The notes under the pieces are model-generated. The model was not told the origin of the DNA. It ran no database searches and worked only from the letters and a program-made list of their open reading frames with translations. A stretch of 56,612 nucleotides of DNA from an uncultured Candidatus Saccharibacteria bacterium (lineage in GTDB: Bacteria; Patescibacteriota; JAUYIX01; CAYMIK01): NCBI GenBank assembly GCA_964390745.1, contig CAYMIK010000005.1, positions 1-56,612 on the forward strand, given 5' to 3'. The position numbers were made by a program, and so were the translations under genes. Positions 1 through 9,163 of the stretch are shown here, piece by piece. Positions within the stretch are counted from its first letter, which is position 1, and each line of letters opens with the position of its first letter.

Positions 1-1
1 C

Positions 2-163
2 ACTCTCGCCGTGACGTCGCGACATTGGATAGGCCGCGAGCTACGTACGTTCCGGCTCAAGATCCTGCCTGGCTGGGATCAGGCGGCTGCAGCGAGCCTC
101 TCGCCGTTCATCGAGTCGTACTCGATCGTGAACGGAGAAGTCCAGGCTGAACGGGCCGCGTAA
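2..163 (+). CDS. 3' end of a hypothetical protein (5' truncated by window edge), ...SPFIESYSIVNGEVQAERAA*
   Basis: Open frame from base 2 to TAA at 161-163, translated by hand, followed by a hairpin at 221-245. Confidence 0.45.
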   Translation, partial: TLAVTSRHWIGRELRTFRLKILPGWDQAAAASLSPFIESYSIVNGEVQAERAA

Positions 164-220
164 CACGATCGCGGCAACAAGCCATCACGACTCAACAGCA
201 CCTCACACACCCCACCAACC

Positions 221-245
221 GCGGGCTACCGAACTGGCAGCCCGC
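221..245. terminator. GC-rich hairpin between convergent genes
   Basis: GCGGGCTACC-GAAC-TGGCAGCCCGC imperfect inverted repeat. Confidence 0.5.
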
Positions 246-316
246 AGAAGGATTTTATTTTGCAAAAACGGAAGCAAGCCCGGAACCACGTTTGGTCCCG
301 GTCTCGCCCCTCGTAT

Positions 317-733
317 TCATGTCGCGTCCTCCGCTTGCGCATCTTCCGCTTCCGTGACCTTGGGCGCCTCCCCCGAAAGCATGATGTAGATCGTGAGTGT
401 CTTGCAGCGAATTCGGATCCGGCCTGCCACCTCTTCCGGATTGGTTTCCCGAATGCGCCGCACGGAGAAAACCCGGTTTTCGGTGATTCCGTAAAGATAC
501 CAACGAACCTCCGCGTCGGGGTCATCGGTCTCCGTTCTCCCGATACGGTCGACCGAAATCTCAATAGTGACGTAACTGCCGCGCTCGTCCTTTCTTAACC
601 GAGCACGGCCCTGGATCCGTTCGTGGTACGTCGGGCGGTCACCGGCGTCTGGAGCCCTGCTTCCCACCTTGGGATAGATCACTTCCGCACGAACCAAGCC
701 ATGGATACTTTCTTCCAGCTGCTTCCAGTTCAT
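317..733 (-). CDS. hypothetical protein (138 aa, GC-rich)
   Basis: ORF 317..778 trimmed to ATG at 733 (MNWKQ...), which follows the gyrB terminator and an AAGG motif; no recognised domain. Confidence 0.6.
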   Translation of the reverse strand: MNWKQLEESIHGLVRAEVIYPKVGSRAPDAGDRPTYHERIQGRARLRKDERGSYVTIEISVDRIGRTETDDPDAEVRWYLYGITENRVFSVRRIRETNPEEVAGRIRIRCKTLTIYIMLSGEAPKVTEAEDAQAEDAT

Positions 734-774
734 ACGCGTCGCCTTTTCGAATGCGAGGGTCTTTATACTATAAA

Positions 775-809
775 TCAAAAAACAGGTCCGGAAAAGGCCT
801 GTTTTTTGA
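775..809 (-). terminator. intrinsic terminator of gyrB
   Basis: TCAAAAAACAGG...CCTGTTTTTTGA 12-bp stem with A/T tracts, just after the gyrB stop. Confidence 0.75.
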
Positions 810-814
810 ATCTT

Positions 815-2971
<2,157 letters not shown>

Positions 2972-3051
2972 TTAAAAATACAATCTGCACCCCTGCTGTG
3001 CATTGTTTTTTGGCTTATTTCAGCCAAAATATTAAACTCTTTTCTGGGGTT

Positions 3052-3080
3052 AATATAGCAGAAAAACAGCCTTTTTGCAA
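3052..3080 (-). promoter_or_regulatory. sigma70-type promoter of gyrB
   Basis: TTGCAA-17 nt-TATATT on minus strand with TG extension. Confidence 0.6.
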
Positions 3081-3168
3081 GGAGAAATGCCGACAAATAT
3101 GTGGATGAATTTTGGTGCTCAAAAGTACGCGAGAAATCGGCCTTAGGGTGAAGCAAACGCAACTTAAA

Positions 3169-3223
3169 CCTGGCACCCACGCGGCGGCGTTGGTGCCAGG
3201 AGTTGGGCGCTGGGAATGCGCCC
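3169..3223 (-). terminator. two GC-rich stem-loops downstream of the 248-aa kinase-like gene
   Basis: CCTGGCACC..ACGC-GGCG-GCGT..GGTGCCAGG (3169-3200) and GGGCGC-7-GCGCCC (3205-3223). Confidence 0.5.
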
Positions 3224-3244
3224 CATTCTATCCCATGTGACAGG

Positions 3245-3991
3245 TCATGCAGCGGCCGCGTAGCTGGTTGCGGGGTCGATCTGCTGGCTCCGTTGCTCAC
3301 TTGCGGTTGACGTGCGACGATACAACTCGGCCAACCGACGATTCAGGTCATCCTGGAGAACACCCCAGAACTCTTCCTTGTCGTCCCCGTTGTTCGCGAT
3401 GTGCAGGAAGCAGCCTCCATACTCGGAAGCGACATGGTTCACCTCCTTCTCGTTGGCATCGCCGTCGCGACGATCTCGCCATTCTTCGAACGACATGTTC
3501 CGCTCGTCCGACTTGCTTCCGTCACCCGTCCGCTTCGTACAGCGACGGTAACAGGTCTCGTCGTCGGCCTCGGTGACCAAGAACACGATCTCGAAGCCCA
3601 GTCGACGCGCCCACACCTCTAGGGCAACGCGTTGCTGGTGCAGTCGGATCGAGTCGAAGACGATCACGGTGCGATCAGTGGTAGCCATCTCGAGAACGCG
3701 GAGCCAGACCACCCAGGTCTGACTCAAGAAGATGGTGTGAAGCACCGTGAAGATTCGAGAGAGCAGCTTCCGGTCGCGACTTCCGTTCGCATCCGGCCCA
3801 CCGAAGAAGGTGTCGTAGATCCAGTACGGGAGATCCGAGCTGCGGAGGCGAAGCGCGTCGCGCTTGCCAACCAGATACTCCGTAGCCGCCCCCTTTCCCG
3901 TTCCCTGTTTTCCCACCAGCCCGTACACGATCCGTGAACGGAGGTGGGGGCGGATGAGTTGAAATAGCAAATCCAAGAACCGTGCGAGCAT
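3245..3991 (-). CDS. P-loop nucleoside/nucleotide monophosphate kinase-like protein (dephospho-CoA/adenylate kinase fold), paralog 2
   Basis: N-terminal Walker A GLVGKQGTGKG, IVFDSIR motif, lid-like CYRRCTKR; GAGGGG SD. Confidence 0.7.
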   Translation of the reverse strand: MLARFLDLLFQLIRPHLRSRIVYGLVGKQGTGKGAATEYLVGKRDALRLRSSDLPYWIYDTFFGGPDANGSRDRKLLSRIFTVLHTIFLSQTWVVWLRVLEMATTDRTVIVFDSIRLHQQRVALEVWARRLGFEIVFLVTEADDETCYRRCTKRTGDGSKSDERNMSFEEWRDRRDGDANEKEVNHVASEYGGCFLHIANNGDDKEEFWGVLQDDLNRRLAELYRRTSTASEQRSQQIDPATSYAAAA

Positions 3992-4065
3992 GCTTACCCC
4001 TCTCTGCGCCTTTCAAACCTCGAGTTGAACAGCAAAACAGTTCCGAGGAATTCGGAACGCGAAGA

Positions 4066-4094
4066 ACCATACCACCAAAATATCGGTTCGTCAA
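4066..4094 (-). promoter_or_regulatory. sigma70-type promoter
   Basis: TTGACG-17-TATGGT with TG extension; leader contains hairpin GTTCCGA-5-TCGGAAC. Confidence 0.6.
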
Positions 4095-4123
4095 TGAGCC
4101 CGATTTTAGGAGGTAGGCAACAA

Positions 4124-4147
4124 CCGGCTCGCGAAATCGCAAGCCGG
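4124..4147 (-). terminator. stem-loop after kinase paralog 1
   Basis: CCGGCTCGCGAAATCGCAAGCCGG imperfect inverted repeat, 3 nt beyond the stop. Confidence 0.5.
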
Positions 4148-4150
4148 CCG

Positions 4151-4738
4151 TCAACCCTCCAACAGATCAGCCATCATCTTGTCGACTTGGCTGTGAAGCT
4201 CTTCTTCACTTCGATTGTTCTCGTACACAAATTGCCCGTACCAAGCGATGAGCGCATCGGTGTCACTCTCGAACCCAGCATCCTCTTCGTCGGTTAGAAA
4301 CTCTTCCAGCGTAGCAAAGAGCCCGTCCTTCAGATTCGGGTCAGCTCGAGACCGCTCAAAACGCTTGCGATCATCGGCCGTAATGCCAAGCAGCACCACC
4401 CTTCTCCCCGTTCTCTTCGCGATTCGTCGAAGCGCGCGAAAATGCTCGCGACGCCGAACCGAGTCGAAAACGATCACCGGTGCTTGGCATTGCTTGATCT
4501 TCCGGTAGTGCAACCAGACGATCCACCACTGTCCGAGCAGAATACAGCTAAATAGCCGAAACACTCGGTGGATGTTGTCGCGATTTTTTTTGGCGCGAAG
4601 CACATCCAGCAACGCGATCACGGGCGTAACACTGAGAAAAACCGTCACGCCGTAACGCTCCACGAGATGCTTGATAGCCGTGCCCTTCCCTGCACGGCGC
4701 TTCCCAGTAACAGCGATAATGAGACCCCTCTGGTCCAT
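4151..4738 (-). CDS. P-loop nucleoside/nucleotide monophosphate kinase-like protein, paralog 1
   Basis: AVTGKRRAGKG Walker A, IVFDSVR, ITADDRKRFERS; start trimmed to ATG at 4738 following AAAGGAG. Confidence 0.72.
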   Translation of the reverse strand: MDQRGLIIAVTGKRRAGKGTAIKHLVERYGVTVFLSVTPVIALLDVLRAKKNRDNIHRVFRLFSCILLGQWWIVWLHYRKIKQCQAPVIVFDSVRRREHFRALRRIAKRTGRRVVLLGITADDRKRFERSRADPNLKDGLFATLEEFLTDEEDAGFESDTDALIAWYGQFVYENNRSEEELHSQVDKMMADLLEG

Positions 4739-4772
4739 TTCGTGCTCCTTTCTGCCGTGCATTCGGCCACTC

Positions 4773-4801
4773 GTTATAGCAAATTAAAAAATCGTCGTCA
4801 A
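4773..4801 (-). promoter_or_regulatory. sigma70-type promoter
   Basis: TTGACG-17-TATAAC on minus strand. Confidence 0.65.
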
Positions 4802-4826
4802 CAAGAACGATTCATTCGCCACAAAT

Positions 4827-7238
4827 CTATTTTCTTATCTGCGCCTGGAACTTGGAAGCAAGCCTGTTTTCCAACTGTGACTTCGCTTCGTCTACTTCTT
4901 TATCCGTCAGCGTTCTGTTTGATGTCTGATAGGTAATTCTAAACGCCAAGCTTCGCTTTCCTTCATCAATCCCTTTTCCTCGGTATACATCGAAGATTGC
5001 TACATCCGAAACCAATGGCGAAGATTTTTTCATCTCTTCCAACAAGGATCCTGCAGAGTGCATATCAGAAACAACCACGGCAATATCACGAACAACGCTC
5101 GGGAACTTCCCTACTTCTTTGTAGGAGCGCAATGTTGGGGGCTTGGCGGCGATAACGTCTGCATCAAGAACAAAGCCGAGAGTATTTTGGCGAATCTTGA
5201 AGTTATTCAAAACATCTTTTGCCACCACACCAACACAGCCCATCAGCTTGCCCTGCAGCATGACCGATGCAGACTGCGAAGGATCCATATACTCTGGCAA
5301 CCAGTCTTTTTTGAACGAAAATTCGTCCTTGGCGTAGCCGAGGCTCGTGAAGAGTGCCTCAACCTCACCTTTGGCATCATGGAACGTGAGTGGCTCTTTT
5401 GCGGAGGTCAAAGAAACATATCGATAGGGTTGCTTTGGCAACTTCTTGGAAGATCCCGGAGCAATTTCAAATTCACTCGGTTCCTTTCGGAATACACGAT
5501 CAATCTGAAATATGTTTACGACATCAAAGTTTGCGATATTCTTCGCCACAGCAGCGAGCATATTGGGAACCAATGAAACCTGCAAGTACGGCTGACCCTC
5601 GAAAGCGGTCTGAGCAAGCTTCCAATGTTCTTCGGGAGTAAACCCAACGTCCTTGAGTTTCTTTTCATCAACAAAGGAGTATGCGTAGATTTCATTTTTT
5701 CCCAAGTCACGAGAAATTTCACGAAGCTTTTTGTTAACCACAAGCTGAGGATCCTTTGCTTCCCGAACCACCTGCACACGAGGAAGCACCGAAGGGATGT
5801 TTTCGAATCCATAGATGCGCGCAATTTCTTCCACAATATCTTCAGCTATGGTGACGTCTTTCACGCCTCGCACTGAAGGAACACCAATCTTGTAATTTTC
5901 ACCTTTCGCGACAACTTCAAAACCCAAACCCTTCAAGATACTCAACGCCTTTGCCTTTGGAACGGCAACGCCTAAACTTTTTTCAATACGTTCGTGAGAA
6001 ATATTCAATGCAACATTTTTCTTGGTGTAGTTCTTTACATCTGCGACATTGCTTACAATCTGTGCGTCAGGGCACATCTCTAAAATTAATTCGCACGCAC
6101 GAAGTAACGCAGCTTCAGCAAGCTCTGGGTCTAACGTTTTCTCGAATCGAAGCGAAGCATCAGAAAGCAAGCCAAAGCGTCGTGAAGTTTTTCGAATCAT
6201 CGCCGGATCAAACGTTGCTGCTTCTACGATAATACTCGTGGTTTTGGCAGAAATTTCTGAATTGGCACCACCCATCACACCAGCAAGAGCGATGCTTTTT
6301 TTGGCATCAGCAATAACCAAATCTGCCGATTCAAGCTCTCTGCTCTGTGCATCCAAAGTTTCTAAAACTTCCTTGGGCTTGGCAAATCGAACGTGAAGCG
6401 CACCCGAAACAGAAGCCGCATCAAACGCGTGCAACGGCTGGCCCATTTCGTACATAACATAGTTAGTTACATCGACAATATTTGAAATAGGTCGAAGACC
6501 CACAGCCAAAAGTTTCGAAGCGATTTCCTGAGAAGAAGGTTCCACGCGAACGCCATCAATGCGAACAGCCATATAGCGTTTTGCGCCCTGCTTGCTTACA
6601 ATCTTCACATCCAGCTTTGACCTTTTTGGGGCCGTTTTGAGCTGTTTCCAGGTTTTTCGTTTTGGTTCATTAAACTTGGTGCCCGTGATAGCAGCAACTT
6701 CACGCGCAAAACCAATCTGGCTCCATAAATCCGCTCGGTGCGATAACGACTTGTTGTCAACTTCCAAAACGACATCATCAAGACCAAGCACCTTCATGAT
6801 TGGGACACCCAGGCGCGTTCCTTCAGGGAATACCGTAAAACCAGAATCAGAAAGTTCAAGCTCGAGTTCTTCATCAACACAGATCATCCCCTGCGATTCA
6901 AGACCGCGCATATTTCGTTTTTGAATTTCGATCCCATTGGGAAGCTTCGCGCCAGGAAGTGCCACAGGAATAATCCAATTCTCTTCAACGTGTAAAGTAT
7001 TTCCAAAGCAAATTTGCAAAACCTGATCGCCAACGTTAATGAGCGCAACGTTCAGCTTGTCGCCATCTGGATGTGGCTTAATAGACTTCACTTGCCCAGT
7101 AACAATATTTTTGTACTGCTCGTTAAAATCAATAATGCCTTCAACCTCTGCCGTTTTCAGCGTTAAATCTCGCGCAATATCACGTGGTTTTTCTGAAGTT
7201 TTTACAAATTCACGAAGCCAGTTATAAGAGATCTTCAT
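4827..7238 (-). CDS. pheT: phenylalanine--tRNA ligase beta subunit
   Basis: MKISYNWLREFV start, SQGMIC, NIVDVTNYVMYEMGQPLHAFD, RFEKTLDP, C-terminal KFPSVVRDIAVVV...SLAFRITYQ FDX-ACB domain. Confidence 0.96.
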   Translation of the reverse strand: MKISYNWLREFVKTSEKPRDIARDLTLKTAEVEGIIDFNEQYKNIVTGQVKSIKPHPDGDKLNVALINVGDQVLQICFGNTLHVEENWIIPVALPGAKLPNGIEIQKRNMRGLESQGMICVDEELELELSDSGFTVFPEGTRLGVPIMKVLGLDDVVLEVDNKSLSHRADLWSQIGFAREVAAITGTKFNEPKRKTWKQLKTAPKRSKLDVKIVSKQGAKRYMAVRIDGVRVEPSSQEIASKLLAVGLRPISNIVDVTNYVMYEMGQPLHAFDAASVSGALHVRFAKPKEVLETLDAQSRELESADLVIADAKKSIALAGVMGGANSEISAKTTSIIVEAATFDPAMIRKTSRRFGLLSDASLRFEKTLDPELAEAALLRACELILEMCPDAQIVSNVADVKNYTKKNVALNISHERIEKSLGVAVPKAKALSILKGLGFEVVAKGENYKIGVPSVRGVKDVTIAEDIVEEIARIYGFENIPSVLPRVQVVREAKDPQLVVNKKLREISRDLGKNEIYAYSFVDEKKLKDVGFTPEEHWKLAQTAFEGQPYLQVSLVPNMLAAVAKNIANFDVVNIFQIDRVFRKEPSEFEIAPGSSKKLPKQPYRYVSLTSAKEPLTFHDAKGEVEALFTSLGYAKDEFSFKKDWLPEYMDPSQSASVMLQGKLMGCVGVVAKDVLNNFKIRQNTLGFVLDADVIAAKPPTLRSYKEVGKFPSVVRDIAVVVSDMHSAGSLLEEMKKSSPLVSDVAIFDVYRGKGIDEGKRSLAFRITYQTSNRTLTDKEVDEAKSQLENRLASKFQAQIRK

Positions 7239-7242
7239 ATGT

Positions 7243-8277
7243 TTAGAATTGTTTGAGGAATCTTAGGTCGCCACTTTCAAGCAAACGAATATCACCGATG
7301 CTGTACTTCAACATGGTGAGTCGATTCATGCCAAAGCCGAAAGCAAATCCAGAATATTTCTTTGGATCAATTCCGCCGTACTCCAAAACCTTTGGATGAA
7401 TCATGCCCGCACCAAAAATTTCAAGCCAGCCAGTACTCTTGCAAAGTCGGCAGCCACTTCCATGACACACAAAGCACGTTACTTCCCCATTCACGCCCGG
7501 TTCCACGAAAGGATAATACTTTGGGCGTAATCGAACAGCGGTTTTTTCGCCAAACAAATGTTTCGCAAGCGTTTCTAGAATTGCTTTCATGTTTCCAAAT
7601 GTTACGCCTTCATCAATCAAGAAGCCTTCAATCTGGTAGAAGGTGTGTTCGTGCCGAACATCGGTCGCCTCGTTTCGAAAAACTTTTCCCGGAACAATGG
7701 CACGAAGTGGCGCACCGTAGTGCTTCATTGCACGAACCTGCATAGAAGAAGTTTGTGTTCGAAGCAACAGATCAGGTTCTTGGTCAATGAAAAACGTATC
7801 CTGCATATCACGCGCTGGGTGATCTTCAGGGGTATTCACCGCAGTGAAGTTATAAAAATCAGATTCAAGTTGCGGGCCATCGAGTACCATGAATCCCATG
7901 CCCTCAAAAAGTGCCTCGATTTCATACTGTATTTGCGTATTTGGATGCAGTGTTCCACCTTCTTTGACTTGGACTGGCTTACCAGGCTCAGTGATGTCTA
8001 CAGCAGCCTTGGAGCCATCGCCGCCAACACTTCCCTCTTTCTGTGCGAGAAGATCTTCAACAAACTTGCGAACATTTTGTGCATCTTGTCCAAACTTTCG
8101 TTTTTCTTCAATCGTAAAATCTTTCAATGAACGCAAAATTTCCGTGAGTTCGCTTTTTCGTCCAAGAAAACGAACGCGCGCATCTTCCAAAGATTTTGCA
8201 TCTTTCACAGCATCGATAATTTTTTTCGCATTATCGCGAATATTTTGCAGGTTGTCAGGTATTTCGTGTGATTGCAT
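7243..8277 (-). CDS. pheS: phenylalanine--tRNA ligase alpha subunit
   Basis: HPARDMQDTFF, LLRTQTSSMQ, FRNEATDVRHEHTFYQIEG, YPFVEPG, GFAFGFGMNRL. Confidence 0.97.
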   Translation of the reverse strand: MQSHEIPDNLQNIRDNAKKIIDAVKDAKSLEDARVRFLGRKSELTEILRSLKDFTIEEKRKFGQDAQNVRKFVEDLLAQKEGSVGGDGSKAAVDITEPGKPVQVKEGGTLHPNTQIQYEIEALFEGMGFMVLDGPQLESDFYNFTAVNTPEDHPARDMQDTFFIDQEPDLLLRTQTSSMQVRAMKHYGAPLRAIVPGKVFRNEATDVRHEHTFYQIEGFLIDEGVTFGNMKAILETLAKHLFGEKTAVRLRPKYYPFVEPGVNGEVTCFVCHGSGCRLCKSTGWLEIFGAGMIHPKVLEYGGIDPKKYSGFAFGFGMNRLTMLKYSIGDIRLLESGDLRFLKQF

Positions 8278-8663
8278 TAGGATTGCGGGACTTTAGATTG
8301 TGATACAAAAAAGAGCTCAAGAATAATCACGGCAAGAACGAAAAGCAACAAGCTCCACCACGTGAGGTAGCGGAATGATTGCAAAACGAGAACACCCGTA
8401 AAGGCCACAGAAAGAAGGATGCCTTGTCGAAATGACGTCGAAACGTATGCATACACCACTTCATTTCTGGAAAACCACACACGCAAGAAAAACCCAATGA
8501 GTGTAAAGGTTCCAACCAAGGCAAAGAAAAGCGCGATATAAAACATGACGGGCCCAATGAATCCACTGGTTCCCGGATCGATGTAAAACAAAATCAAGGC
8601 CCATGCCGCCCAGCAGATAAGCGTAGAGAGAACAAGACCCCAAATGTAATGACGAATTTTCAT
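8277..8663 (-). CDS. small 4-TM membrane protein coupled to pheS
   Basis: Four hydrophobic segments, SFRQG motif; TAATG stop/start overlap with pheS. Confidence 0.8.
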   Translation of the reverse strand: MKIRHYIWGLVLSTLICWAAWALILFYIDPGTSGFIGPVMFYIALFFALVGTFTLIGFFLRVWFSRNEVVYAYVSTSFRQGILLSVAFTGVLVLQSFRYLTWWSLLLFVLAVIILELFFVSQSKVPQS

Positions 8664-8687
8664 GCGTTTGTGCTCATGGACGCTATT

Positions 8688-8716
8688 ACTATACTGAAAA
8701 ATGAGACAAAAATCAA
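8688..8716 (-). promoter_or_regulatory. promoter of membrane protein-pheST operon
   Basis: TTGATT-17-TATAGT on minus strand. Confidence 0.55.
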
Positions 8717-8805
8717 CCGCGACTGAAAGATTGCTACCCTGTGCATATCACTCTGGCGTATAATAATGACATCTCGAGAAGTGATGCGAGATATTGGAGG
8801 CCACC

Positions 8806-9030
8806 ATGAGCAGCTACGAGGAAAATCGGGGTCGAGTGCAGTGGGCTATGCGTCAGGTGGGTTTTCCGGAAGAACAGGTCCAGGCGGAGACCAACAGAAG
8901 GGGCTACTGCTTCAACGTGGATGGCTCCATCAATCTTCTGGTGATCGCAACATGCCTAGGGCCGCGGGTCACGCAGTTGCTGAAGGGCAAGGCAGATCCG
9001 GGCCCTGCACGCATCTGGTCGCCAGCCTGA
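8806..9030 (+). CDS. small hypothetical protein (74 aa, GC-rich)
   Basis: TATAAT at 8759-8764, leader hairpin ATCTCG..CGAGAT, GGAGG SD, ATG at 8806. Confidence 0.6.
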   Translation: MSSYEENRGRVQWAMRQVGFPEEQVQAETNRRGYCFNVDGSINLLVIATCLGPRVTQLLKGKADPGPARIWSPA

Positions 9031-9048
9031 CAACGCCAGCCTGACAAC
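9021..9048 (+). repeat. 14-bp perfect tandem duplication spanning a stop codon
   Basis: GCCAGCCTGACAAC x2 (9021-9034, 9035-9048). Confidence 0.9.
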
Positions 9049-9163
9049 GGTCCGCCGCAACCGTCGTACCGGAGGCAACACTCCCGCATCAACCTCCGAG
9101 ATAAGTCACGCCCTCCAGGAACACCAAGAGGACACGGACTTATCGCGATCGATTTTCTGAAGA

